Shown in pieces: positions 1 through 8,243 of a stretch of DNA of 52,903 nt (within the stretch, counting starts at the first letter, position 1; the number at the start of each line of letters is the position of its first letter). Location: the NCBI GenBank assembly GCA_900322145.1, contig ONYQ01000001.1, forward strand, positions 1 to 52,903. The letters run 5' to 3'. The notes beneath the pieces were generated by a model. It was not told the DNA's origin. It was given only the letters and a program-made list of their open reading frames with translations, and searched no databases. The position numbers and the translations under genes were made by a program. The DNA comes from an uncultured Eubacteriales bacterium. Lineage in GTDB: Bacteria; Bacillota; Clostridia; Oscillospirales; Acutalibacteraceae.

Positions 1-57
1 CGTTTCCTGCCTCCCCTTCAGGGGAGGTGCCGAGCGTTAGCGAGGCGGAGGGGTTCT
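1..57. repeat. GC-rich palindromic intergenic repeat, partial at the window edge (family R2)
   Basis: Hairpin CCTCCCC(10-16)-TTCA-GGGGAGG(21-27), followed by GCCGAGCGTTAGCGAGGCGGAGGGG. Alignable by eye to 44866-44915. Confidence 0.5.
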
Positions 58-123
58 TGTTTTTGTGCAATTTTCAAATTTGCTCATTTATAGCTTGAAT
101 ATTGGGTCGGATTGTTAAAATTC

Positions 124-151
124 ATTATGCATTATGAATTATGAATTATTG
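124..151 (-). repeat. Tandem heptamer array, family 3 (ATTATGC ATTATGA ATTATGA ATTATTG on +; TCATAAT on -)
   Basis: Four imperfect 7-nt units read directly. The array encodes the last murE codons and contains its TAA stop (132-134). Confidence 0.7.
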
Positions 152-1586
152 AATCGATGACTTCACGCTCGTCATAATGAGTTTTAACGCCGTTCTTGTC
201 CTGATAATCTTCATGTCCTTTGCCGGCTAAGACGATAATATCGCCGTCCTGTGCATTTTCGATACAGTAGCGGATGGCATCGGTACGGTCAGGAATGACA
301 ATGTAATTTCCGTTGGTCTTGTGCAATCCGGTTTTGATGTCCTCGATAATATCCATGACGTTTTCAAAACGGGAATTATCCTCGGTAATAACAGACAGGT
401 CAGAAAGGCGGCCGGATACCTCGCCCATTTCAAAACGGCGGTCACGGGGACGGTTACCGCCGGCACCGAACAGGGTAATGAGTCGTTTGGGCTGATATTC
501 CCGTAAAGTGGTGAGGATATTTTCCATGCTGATGGCATTGTGGGCGTAATCAATCAGAAGGGTATAGTGGCCGGGAACATTGACGGGTTCGACACGACCT
601 TTGACCTTGACTTCGTTCAGACCGTCGAGGATATTTTGCTGTGTGACGGGGAAATGACGGCAGACAGCAATAGCGGCCAGAGCGTTATAAGCGTTGAATT
701 TACCCGGAATATCCGCCTTTACCTGCATTGACAGCGCACCGCTGACAGTAAAGCCGACACCGAGATAACCGGCCTGCGAAACTAAATGACTGTCAGAGGC
801 TTTGAGTTCGGCATTTTCGGAGAAGCCGAAGGTTTCCACCGTACAGGTATGATTTTCCAACATTCTCGGATAGGCGGCATCGTCAATGTTAAGAATACCG
901 GTGCGGCACTGACGGAACAGCATCGCCTTGCATTGAATGTATTCTTCCATGTCAGCGTGTTCCACACCGCCGATGTGGTCATGGGAAAGATTAGTAAACA
1001 GACCGTAATCGAAGGTAAAACCGTCGGTTCTGTGCCATTTCAGACCAAGAGAGGAGGCTTCCATGACAACACACTGACATCCCTCATCAATCATACGGCG
1101 CATCGCTTTTTGTATTTCGTAGGATTCGGGGGTAGTGTTGGCGGTTTTGGTAATGGTATCACCGATGATAATGCCGAGGGTACCGATCACGCCGGTTTTC
1201 AGACCGCCCTTTTCTAAGATACTGCGAATCATACAGGCAGTGGTAGTTTTGCCTTTGGTGCCGGTGACAGCAATCGTTTTGAGTGTATCGGACGGATAAC
1301 CGAAGTAAGCGGCGCTCATAAAAGCGAGTGCCTCACGGGTATCGGTGACTTTAATCACCGCCGCACCGGTACACTCGATATCCTTGCTGACAACGACAGC
1401 CGCCGCACCGGCATCAACAGCGGCCTGTGCGTACTGATGACCGTCCGTATTAGCGCCTGCCAGACAGACAAATACACAATTCTTGCATACCTTGCGGGAA
1501 TCGTATATGACATCGGTAATGTCAATATCGGTATCGCCGGACGATACCTCATAGCGGATTTTTGACAGTAATTGTTCGAGTTTCAT
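132..1586 (-). CDS. murE: UDP-N-acetylmuramoyl-L-alanyl-D-glutamate--2,6-diaminopimelate ligase
   Basis: 484-aa ORF with the Mur-ligase P-loop GTKGKTTT and a typical MurE N-terminus. SD AGGGGA lies 8 nt upstream of the ATG. Confidence 0.9.
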   Translation of the reverse strand: MKLEQLLSKIRYEVSSGDTDIDITDVIYDSRKVCKNCVFVCLAGANTDGHQYAQAAVDAGAAAVVVSKDIECTGAAVIKVTDTREALAFMSAAYFGYPSDTLKTIAVTGTKGKTTTACMIRSILEKGGLKTGVIGTLGIIIGDTITKTANTTPESYEIQKAMRRMIDEGCQCVVMEASSLGLKWHRTDGFTFDYGLFTNLSHDHIGGVEHADMEEYIQCKAMLFRQCRTGILNIDDAAYPRMLENHTCTVETFGFSENAELKASDSHLVSQAGYLGVGFTVSGALSMQVKADIPGKFNAYNALAAIAVCRHFPVTQQNILDGLNEVKVKGRVEPVNVPGHYTLLIDYAHNAISMENILTTLREYQPKRLITLFGAGGNRPRDRRFEMGEVSGRLSDLSVITEDNSRFENVMDIIEDIKTGLHKTNGNYIVIPDRTDAIRYCIENAQDGDIIVLAGKGHEDYQDKNGVKTHYDEREVIDSIIHNS

Positions 1587-1730
1587 ACTATTATCCCCTT
1601 ACTTATTGGCATGGTTTTATTATATTGCCTACTCCCTTATTGTAGCACACCCTTTTCCATTAGTAAAGCATCCTTCACTGAAATGTGCAATGTTATGGCG
1701 GTGTGGGACAATGCGGGACTTCAAGTCCAA

Positions 1731-1788
1731 CACAAAAAGCACCGCACCAATACCATGTGTCATTCATGGCACATGGTATTGGTGCGGT
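1731..1788 (-). terminator. Rho-independent terminator of the DHHW/NUDIX transcription unit
   Basis: Perfect 19-bp stem ACCGCACCAATACCATGTG (1741-1759) / CACATGGTATTGGTGCGGT (1770-1788), followed on the minus strand by GCTTTTTGTGTT. Confidence 0.8.
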
Positions 1789-1823
1789 ACGGAAGTTATG
1801 TTGTTTCAAAATCAAGCATCGCA

Positions 1824-1865
1824 ATTGTACATTGTACATTGCACATTGCACATTGTACATTGATT
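1824..1865 (-). repeat. Tandem heptamer array, family 1 (six units ATTGTAC/ATTGCAC on +; CAATGTR on -)
   Basis: ATTGTAC ATTGTAC ATTGCAC ATTGCAC ATTGTAC ATTGATT read directly. It abuts the TAA stop (1865-1867) of the NUDIX gene. Confidence 0.85.
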
Positions 1866-2605
1866 TACACATAAGCTCGTTTTTTGTTGTTATGTATGAT
1901 GGGGGGTGTATTGCCGCAGAGGCGCTTGCGTACTTCGGTCAGTATCTTGGTATCGTTTTCGTGGGAACAAAGCCGCATCGCATCATCAATGGATACCCAT
2001 AAGTAATAATCTATCTCGCTGGGCTGCATATTCACCGCCGCTTCATTGGCTCGTGCCAGAAAGAACACAACATATTTCTTGATCTTGCCGAAAGGACGGT
2101 ACAGGCTTGTCTGACGGAAATTCGGTTCCAGTGTCACGCTGAGTCCCGTTTCTTCTTTGATTTCACGCAGGGCAGTCTGTGTTTCGGATTCGTTCAGTTC
2201 GACATGACCCTTAGGGAATGTCCAGCACTTGCCGTTATGATTTTTGACCAGCAGAATCTTGATGCCGTCCCGCAGGGTACGGCGGTAAACAACAGCGCCG
2301 CAGGACTTTTCATACATACAGATGAGCTTATCAAAATGAACGGACATTTTTGCCAGTCGGAAACGTATTTCCGGCTCATAAAAAATTTCCGTGACGGGAG
2401 CGGCAATCAGCCGTGTCTGAGAGCGGTTCTGTGAGGAAGCAATGGCGATGATGATACAATCGAGCGAACCACTGAGGGTACCTCGGTTGGTCATAATATA
2501 AACGGAACGAGTATCGGTATGGGAACGGCTGATGATAAAGCCTGAATACAGGCTGTTTTCGGCTAATGTGCCGAAAATTTCGATTTTTACATTTTTACCG
2601 AGCAT
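1865..2605 (-). CDS. NUDIX hydrolase with an uncharacterised ~110-aa N-terminal domain
   Basis: Nudix box GHVELNESETQTALREIKEETGL in the C-terminal half. SD AGGAGG lies 9 nt upstream of the ATG at 2605. No SD precedes the internal Met at 2347. Confidence 0.75.
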   Translation of the reverse strand: MLGKNVKIEIFGTLAENSLYSGFIISRSHTDTRSVYIMTNRGTLSGSLDCIIIAIASSQNRSQTRLIAAPVTEIFYEPEIRFRLAKMSVHFDKLICMYEKSCGAVVYRRTLRDGIKILLVKNHNGKCWTFPKGHVELNESETQTALREIKEETGLSVTLEPNFRQTSLYRPFGKIKKYVVFFLARANEAAVNMQPSEIDYYLWVSIDDAMRLCSHENDTKILTEVRKRLCGNTPPIIHNNKKRAYV

Positions 2606-2629
2606 TCCGGCACACCTCCTGAGTCGGTA

Positions 2630-3850
2630 TTATTGCGGCAGGATGGACAGAATATCTGACACCCTGAACGCTGTATTGGCGGTCATAATGCTGTTGATGA
2701 CTAATACATCGGTGTATTTGTTCTTTTTGAGATAATCCAGTACGTTTCCTTCATAATAGCTGGGGTCAACAATGAATACTTCATCGAAATTGGCCGTAAC
2801 AAACGGGGCAAAGGCACAGCCGTAGGAATCCTTGATAATACAGAGTTTTTTGCCTGTTTTTTGAGTGGTTTTGACACGCATATAAGGATTGTTGCCCCAG
2901 ATAAAGGCACTGTAGGCATTGGAACCTTCCGCAAAGGAAGCAATCAGCGGAACATCCTGTTCGGACTGTTTTCCGTTTTCGAGCAGGGTGCAATTTTCGA
3001 TACAGGGCATATGGTAATAAATGACGGTATCGGGATTGTTAAGCAGTTCCTTATTGCCTTTGGCATTATCATCTGTCTGTGTAGCCACGAACAAGGAACC
3101 TTTGAAAGACGGGATACTGCCTTTCGTCAGTGTCGAAAGATCAATGGCGTTGGTTTTAGCTGTTTTGCAGAATTCCTGATACGCATAATAAGCGCCTAAG
3201 GCCGTCCAGTTATGGTCTGTGTGAAAATAGGTGTATTCCTCTTTGTGCTTTTCCTCAGCGTCAAAAACGTCAATCGGGATGATATCCTCGGAATAGGAAT
3301 GATAGATAGTGCGGATATTGGCTTTTTCATCGTTCATATTGCGGAGATATTTTTCCGGCAGACCGAAAGCGGCATGATTGGGTACGACCATATTGTACAC
3401 ATTGACATCCTTGCCCAGTCCTTTTTTTACGGCGGAAACAGCGGCGGCATAAGCGGCGGCAGATTCATCCGTACCATAGAACAGCTCATATCCACAGCGG
3501 TCATACATAAATACATTGCCATCCTGATAGCCTTGAATATCCGGACGAGGGGCGGAAACCTGGGCGGAGCTTTCGGGACGGCTCTGCGCAGAGACTTCGG
3601 CGGAAGGTTCGCTGACGGGCGAGGAAATTTCCGACACAACGGATGATTCGGTGGACTGATAGGGCTGACTATTGTTTCTTAGTACAAAATACCACAGGGA
3701 AAAAGCGGCACCGGCTACTGTCAGACATATTACCGGCGTTAAGATAAGAATCCTCATTTTACCGTGACGGTTACGCTTTCTGTGATAGCCGCCCGCATGA
3801 TAGGAACGGGAACCATAGGTGCTGTAACCAAAGGATGTTCTTCTGCTCAT
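2630..3850 (-). CDS. DHHW-family membrane-anchored protein (SGNH/AlgX-like fold)
   Basis: 406 aa with one N-terminal TM helix, a Ser-rich linker, and the motif FHTDHNWTALGAYYAY typical of DHHW-family proteins. SD GGAAAGAAGGA. Confidence 0.65.
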   Translation of the reverse strand: MSRRTSFGYSTYGSRSYHAGGYHRKRNRHGKMRILILTPVICLTVAGAAFSLWYFVLRNNSQPYQSTESSVVSEISSPVSEPSAEVSAQSRPESSAQVSAPRPDIQGYQDGNVFMYDRCGYELFYGTDESAAAYAAAVSAVKKGLGKDVNVYNMVVPNHAAFGLPEKYLRNMNDEKANIRTIYHSYSEDIIPIDVFDAEEKHKEEYTYFHTDHNWTALGAYYAYQEFCKTAKTNAIDLSTLTKGSIPSFKGSLFVATQTDDNAKGNKELLNNPDTVIYYHMPCIENCTLLENGKQSEQDVPLIASFAEGSNAYSAFIWGNNPYMRVKTTQKTGKKLCIIKDSYGCAFAPFVTANFDEVFIVDPSYYEGNVLDYLKKNKYTDVLVINSIMTANTAFRVSDILSILPQ

Positions 3851-4145
3851 TCATGTCCTTCTTTCCATACGATTACATATACAGCTACTATCAGTATAAA
3901 GGATTTTCCCCAAAAAAACAACATCTAAAAGTACAAACTTGACACTTATTATAAAAGATTATTTATAGGTAATATCAATAGACAAGAGTACCTTGTCGAA
4001 ACGGCTGGGAGAGAAATGGGCGGATGCTGTCATCTGTCTCTGAATAAATGTGTTTTTTAGCGGTATCCGGCAAAATATTTTCCTACCTGACGGATTGTGT
4101 CTGATAAGATATTTTCGGAAATATCGAACCCGAAAAATGTTAGGC

Positions 4146-4174
4146 TTGATTATGGGGAGAAAATTCGTTATAAT
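4146..4174 (+). promoter_or_regulatory. Sigma-A type promoter for leuCD
   Basis: TTGATT (4146-4151), 17-nt spacer, TATAAT (4169-4174). Confidence 0.55.
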
Positions 4175-4260
4175 AGAGGATAACTGATGGTTGAAAGGGA
4201 CGTGAAGGTGTTCTTTCGTAAAAACCGCAGGAGGAAAGAAAATCAGAGGAGGTCTATTCT

Positions 4261-5526
4261 ATGGGAATGACAATGTCACAGAAAATTTTGGCCGCACACG
4301 CCGGACTGGCATCGGTCAAGGCAGGACAGCTCATCGAAGCAAAACTCGATATGGTACTGGGCAACGATATTACTTCACCCGTTGCGATTAACGTGTTCCA
4401 TGACAGCAAGGCAAATGCTGTCTTTGACAGAACAAAAATTGCAATGGTCATGGATCACTTTACGCCGAATAAGGATATCAAAGCGGCGGAACAGTGCAAG
4501 CAGGTGCGTGAATTTGCGAATCAGTACGATATCCTCAACTTCTTCGATGTAGGACAAATGGGTATTGAACATTCGCTTCTGCCCGAAAAAGGTCTGGTAG
4601 GTCCCGGTACACTTTGTATTGGTGCGGATTCTCATACCTGTACTTATGGCGCTTTGGGTGCATTTTCAACGGGTGTCGGTTCTACCGATATGGCCGCCGG
4701 TATGATCAGCGGCAAGACATGGTTCAAGGTGCCGTCCGCCATTAAGTTCAATCTTATCAATAAGCCGGCATCCTGTATCAGCGGCAAGGATATTATCCTG
4801 CATATTATCGGAAAAATCGGCGTAGACGGTGCGCTCTATCGTTCAATGGAATTCTTCGGTGACGGTTTGCAGTACCTTTCCATTGATGACAGACTGTGTA
4901 TTGCGAATATGGCAATTGAAGCCGGTGCCAAAAACGGTATTTTTCCGGTGGATGATATTACCCGTGCTTATATCAAGGATCGTTTTCAGGGTACGCCGGT
5001 AGAATATACCGCCGATGAGGATGCGGAATACGATGAGGAATACACCATTGACCTGTCAGCATTGGTTCCGACGGTTGCTTTTCCGCATCTGCCCGAAAAT
5101 GCCCGTACCGTGGATGAGATCGGTGCCGAGGAAGTCAGAATAGATCAGGCTGTTATCGGTTCCTGTACAAACGGCCGTATTTCCGACCTGAGAGCCGCCG
5201 CAGATATTCTGCGTGGCCGCAAGGTAGCAAAGGGTGTGCGCTGTATTATTATCCCGAGTACCCAGAGTGTCTATCTGCAGGCTATGCATGAAGGTCTGAT
5301 GGATATTTTCATTGAAGCCGGTGCGGTTGTATCAACACCGACCTGCGGTCCCTGTCTGGGCGGTCATATGGGTATTTTAGCAAAGGGTGAGAGAGCCATT
5401 TCCACGACCAACCGTAACTTTGTCGGCCGTATGGGTCATGTGGAATCCGAGGTTTACCTTGCCAGCCCTGCTGTCGCCGCCGCCAGCGCTGTGACAGGCT
5501 ATATCACCGACCCCCGTAAACTTTAA
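4261..5526 (+). CDS. leuC: 3-isopropylmalate dehydratase large subunit
   Basis: 421 aa with aconitase-family Fe-S ligand motifs GADSHT, GSCTNGR and CGPCLG. SD GGAGG lies 8 nt upstream, and leuD follows. Confidence 0.9.
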   Translation: MGMTMSQKILAAHAGLASVKAGQLIEAKLDMVLGNDITSPVAINVFHDSKANAVFDRTKIAMVMDHFTPNKDIKAAEQCKQVREFANQYDILNFFDVGQMGIEHSLLPEKGLVGPGTLCIGADSHTCTYGALGAFSTGVGSTDMAAGMISGKTWFKVPSAIKFNLINKPASCISGKDIILHIIGKIGVDGALYRSMEFFGDGLQYLSIDDRLCIANMAIEAGAKNGIFPVDDITRAYIKDRFQGTPVEYTADEDAEYDEEYTIDLSALVPTVAFPHLPENARTVDEIGAEEVRIDQAVIGSCTNGRISDLRAAADILRGRKVAKGVRCIIIPSTQSVYLQAMHEGLMDIFIEAGAVVSTPTCGPCLGGHMGILAKGERAISTTNRNFVGRMGHVESEVYLASPAVAAASAVTGYITDPRKL

Positions 5527-5527
5527 T

Positions 5528-5562
5528 CAATGTGCAATGTACAATGTGCAATGTACAATGAG
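5528..5562 (+). repeat. Tandem heptamer array, family 1 (CAATGTG CAATGTA CAATGTG CAATGTA CAATGAG)
   Basis: Read directly. It starts 2 nt after the leuC TAA stop (5524-5526), inside the leuC-leuD spacer. Confidence 0.85.
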
Positions 5563-5637
5563 TGTCCCCGAACAAAACAATGTGAAAGCGGCATGGCGCC
5601 ACTTTCTGCATTTCACAGTTGAAAGGAGTTTATACTT

Positions 5638-6120
5638 ATGAAAGCACAAGGAATTGTCCATAAATACGGTGATAACGTCGATACGGATGTTATCATTCCG
5701 GCAAGATATCTGAATACCAGTTCGCATCAGGAACTGGCGCAGCACTGCATGGAGGATATCGACATCAATTTTACCAAAAACGTCAAGACCGGCGATATCA
5801 TGGTAGCGGAAAAGAATTTCGGCTGTGGTTCTTCCAGAGAACACGCTCCGATTGCGATTAAGGCATCGGGTATCAGCTGTGTCATCGCCTCTACCTTTGC
5901 CCGTATTTTCTATAGAAATGCCATCAATATTGGTCTGCCGATTCTTGAATGTGATGCGGCGGCAAAGGATATCAAGGCCGGTGATGAAGTGGCAGTGGAT
6001 TTTGATACCGGTGTCATTACCGATATCACCACCGGTAAAACCTATCAGGCTGAACCGTTCCCCCCTTTCATTCAGGAAATTATTGCTGACGGCGGATTGA
6101 TCCGGCACGTCACCAAATAA
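5638..6120 (+). CDS. leuD: 3-isopropylmalate dehydratase small subunit
   Basis: 160 aa with the swivel-domain motif [18 protein letters not shown]. Confidence 0.9.
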   Translation: MKAQGIVHKYGDNVDTDVIIPARYLNTSSHQELAQHCMEDIDINFTKNVKTGDIMVAEKNFGCGSSREHAPIAIKASGISCVIASTFARIFYRNAINIGLPILECDAAAKDIKAGDEVAVDFDTGVITDITTGKTYQAEPFPPFIQEIIADGGLIRHVTK

Positions 6121-6143
6121 TCAGCCAAAACAGCAAGCACACA

Positions 6144-6187
6144 AAACGCCCTGCCGATTCTTTTGAAGAATCAACAGGGCGTTTTTT
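6144..6187. terminator. Bidirectional terminator between leuD (+) and the TPM-domain gene (-)
   Basis: Stem AACGCCCTG / CAGGGCGTT with inner stem GATTCTT / AAGAATC. A-run upstream and T-run downstream. Confidence 0.8.
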
Positions 6188-6219
6188 AGAAAGGACGGAC
6201 AGGTATTTTCTGTCCGGTA

Positions 6220-7206
6220 TTATCTGTGATGTCCACTGCCGGAACCGCCGGAACGATGGGAAGAACTGTGAGAAGAAGAACTGCGGTGTGAATGGCTGGA
6301 TCTGGAAGGTCTGCTTCTGAATGGTCTGCTGTGGTGATGATAGCTGCTGGGCGGAGGGGGATAGCTGTTATTGGAATAAGTGTTGTTATAATAGGAACTG
6401 GTATAGTTGGAGGTGCGGCGTCTGACAGCCTTTCTGATGGAATTGATAATCACCAGCAGAACTATTACAACAATGATACCGATAACAACGGGCTTCGGAA
6501 TGCTTTCCAGAAAATTCTTGAAAGCGGCCATGTCTTCGGCGGAGGTTTTCTTACGGGAAGAGGAATTCTGAGTCGTATAGTTATTATTATGAATGTTTTC
6601 ATAGGTATTGACATAACCCTGACTTTTTACGGAGTCCAATCCCTTGAGCAGCGCCTGCTTGATGTCATCGGAATAGATGGGCTCACTGCTTTTGGGCAGG
6701 TATTTGTACATCATATTCAGGATCTTGTTCCTTTTGGTATCCGGATAGATCGTCTGTGCATTATTGGAAGTCCATATGTAATCATAAGCGGGAGAATAGC
6801 CCTCGAAATCAAGATAGATAAACATAGTATCGGAGGTACTGCCAAAAATGGTATTGGTACCGTCACGGGTGAACTGCTCCGTTTCCGGATCGGTTCTGTA
6901 GTTGCCGCCGAGGAATACCGCAATATTCACATTCAGATAATCAGCGGTACTCTGAATTTTTTCCCACACATCTCTTTCCATGCTGGCCGGGAGAATGTCG
7001 GCCTCGTCTTTGAAAAAGGCACGACCGGAACGGTAGGTGCTTTGCACAGAAGCCGTGACATCCGTCCCCGGATAATCGAAATCGGTTTTTGGGATAACCG
7101 GATTGGCGGCCTGAACCGTTACGCCGAACAGACAACACAAACAAAGGGTTAATAACGATAGTACAATCCTGCGTTTGATAGTAATCACTCCTTTATAGAA
7201 GGGCAC
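6220..7206 (-). CDS. Secreted/membrane TPM-domain-like protein with a Ser/His/Arg/Pro low-complexity tail
   Basis: Signal-peptide-like KRRIVLSLLTLCLCCLFGVTVQA and a TPM-like segment FFKDEADILP...NVNIAVFLGG. One TM helix is followed by the tail YPPPPSSYHHHSRPF...HRSGGSGSGHHR. The start is uncertain: GTG at 7206 lacks an SD, and AAAGGAG at about 7181-7187 suggests a start a few codons downstream. Confidence 0.5.
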   Translation of the reverse strand: MPFYKGVITIKRRIVLSLLTLCLCCLFGVTVQAANPVIPKTDFDYPGTDVTASVQSTYRSGRAFFKDEADILPASMERDVWEKIQSTADYLNVNIAVFLGGNYRTDPETEQFTRDGTNTIFGSTSDTMFIYLDFEGYSPAYDYIWTSNNAQTIYPDTKRNKILNMMYKYLPKSSEPIYSDDIKQALLKGLDSVKSQGYVNTYENIHNNNYTTQNSSSRKKTSAEDMAAFKNFLESIPKPVVIGIIVVIVLLVIINSIRKAVRRRTSNYTSSYYNNTYSNNSYPPPPSSYHHHSRPFRSRPSRSSHSHRSSSSHSSSHRSGGSGSGHHR

Positions 7207-7239
7207 AAGTGTTGGTAGACGGACAATAGAACGACAGCA

Positions 7240-7425
7240 TTATTTCAGCTTATCCGTATCATTGTAATAGTTATAGTCACAAGCATCAGCATGACGCTGC
7301 TTTTCGAGATTATAGTCACTGTCCTTATACAGACCGCTGCCAATGGTGTAATTCTGATCGGCTTTTCTGGCACGAATCACCATGGCTAAAACAACCGCAA
7401 TAACAATGAAACCAACCGTCATCAT
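7240..7425 (-). CDS. Small single-pass membrane protein (61 aa), unknown function
   Basis: Starts at MMTVGFIVIAVVLAMVIRARK (a TM helix). SD-like GAAAGG lies about 9 nt upstream. The longer ORF-track start (7524) would read through the heptamer array. Confidence 0.45.
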   Translation of the reverse strand: MMTVGFIVIAVVLAMVIRARKADQNYTIGSGLYKDSDYNLEKQRHADACDYNYYNDTDKLK

Positions 7426-7442
7426 CAATACCGCCTTTCTGA

Positions 7443-7470
7443 AGTGTGGAATGTGGAGTGTGGAGTCATC
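7443..7470 (+). repeat. Tandem heptamer array, family 2 (AGTGTGG AATGTGG AGTGTGG AGTCATC)
   Basis: Read directly. On the minus strand it ends immediately 5' of the SD of the 7240-7425 gene. Confidence 0.8.
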
Positions 7471-7667
7471 GACCGATTTTGTAGGCGAAACAGCACAAAT
7501 TGCTTCTTGTGATGATTTCCACACGCAAACCCTATATTTTTATTATACCAGTATTTCTGAAAAATAGCAATCACATATTTTCGATTTTTTGCCAGGAAAC
7601 ATCGAGAAGCGTAATGAAAAACATTCGCATCGGTAACAGGCTTTTGCAGCCGGAAAGGAATATAACC

Positions 7668-8132
7668 ATGTCAGATGATAATTTTCAACAGAATCAGGAG
7701 TATGACCCCGAAAGGGACGGCTATCGTCCCGACAGGATCTATAATGCGCCGCCTCGGCATCATCGGCCGCCGGAAAAACCGCCGGTACAGCCGCCGGTTC
7801 GTGACGGCAAATTGACAACCGACAGAAAGCTGTATCGTGTGGGGCTGGGACTGATTGTTGTCAGCCTGTTGTTATCGGCAGCGTCTTTGATGATACCGCC
7901 CTGTCTGATGGGCATCGTATGGGATATACTGGCTTTTTTACTGTCAGCAGCCGGTCTGGGCTGTTGTATAGCAGGCGGACAGATGCGTCATGCCCGAGGC
8001 TGTCCCTGGGGAAAGGAAGGTATTGCGATTGGTATAGCAGGCGTGGTAGCCTTACTGATGAGTAATCTTTCCTTTATGCTGGTCGGCTGTCGTATGTGTG
8101 CCTACGCTGCAACTTTCTTTTGGCTGCCGTAA
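7668..8132 (+). CDS. Membrane protein with a Pro-rich N-terminal tail, unknown function
   Basis: ATG at 7668 is preceded by GGAAAGGAA. The N-terminal region is Pro/Arg-rich (PPRHHRPPEKPPVQPPV), followed by 3-4 hydrophobic helices. Confidence 0.55.
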   Translation: MSDDNFQQNQEYDPERDGYRPDRIYNAPPRHHRPPEKPPVQPPVRDGKLTTDRKLYRVGLGLIVVSLLLSAASLMIPPCLMGIVWDILAFLLSAAGLGCCIAGGQMRHARGCPWGKEGIAIGIAGVVALLMSNLSFMLVGCRMCAYAATFFWLP

Positions 8133-8165
8133 AGGGAAAAAGAACTTTCTTTTCGACAAAAGAAA

Positions 8166-8194
8166 TTGACAGAGGTTATTGATTGTGCTAAAAT
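8166..8194 (+). promoter_or_regulatory. Sigma-A type promoter with extended -10
   Basis: TTGACA (8166-8171), 17-nt spacer ending in TGC, TAAAAT (8189-8194). Confidence 0.55.
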
Positions 8195-8243
8195 AAAGAT
8201 ATAGCAATATGCCTTTATTTTCTTAATGAAAGGAATGAATGCG

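Noticed and set aside
1824-1865. Heptamer arrays as CRISPR arrays or phase-variation microsatellites
   Set aside because: The units are 7 nt with no spacers and no cas genes. The units are non-identical and alternate, and the arrays lie outside coding starts, so classic slipped-strand phase variation is unlikely.
3851-4260. Possible T-box upstream of leuC
   Set aside because: There is no GGTGGTACC-type T-box sequence, no specifier stem features and no terminator.
4187-4270. 27-codon ORF in the leuC leader as a possible Leu attenuation peptide
   Set aside because: Its sequence is [27 protein letters not shown] with a single Leu codon, and no terminator follows.
6292-7152. 286-aa plus-strand ORF
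   Set aside because: It is antisense to the TPM-like gene, which has a signal peptide and a TM segment.
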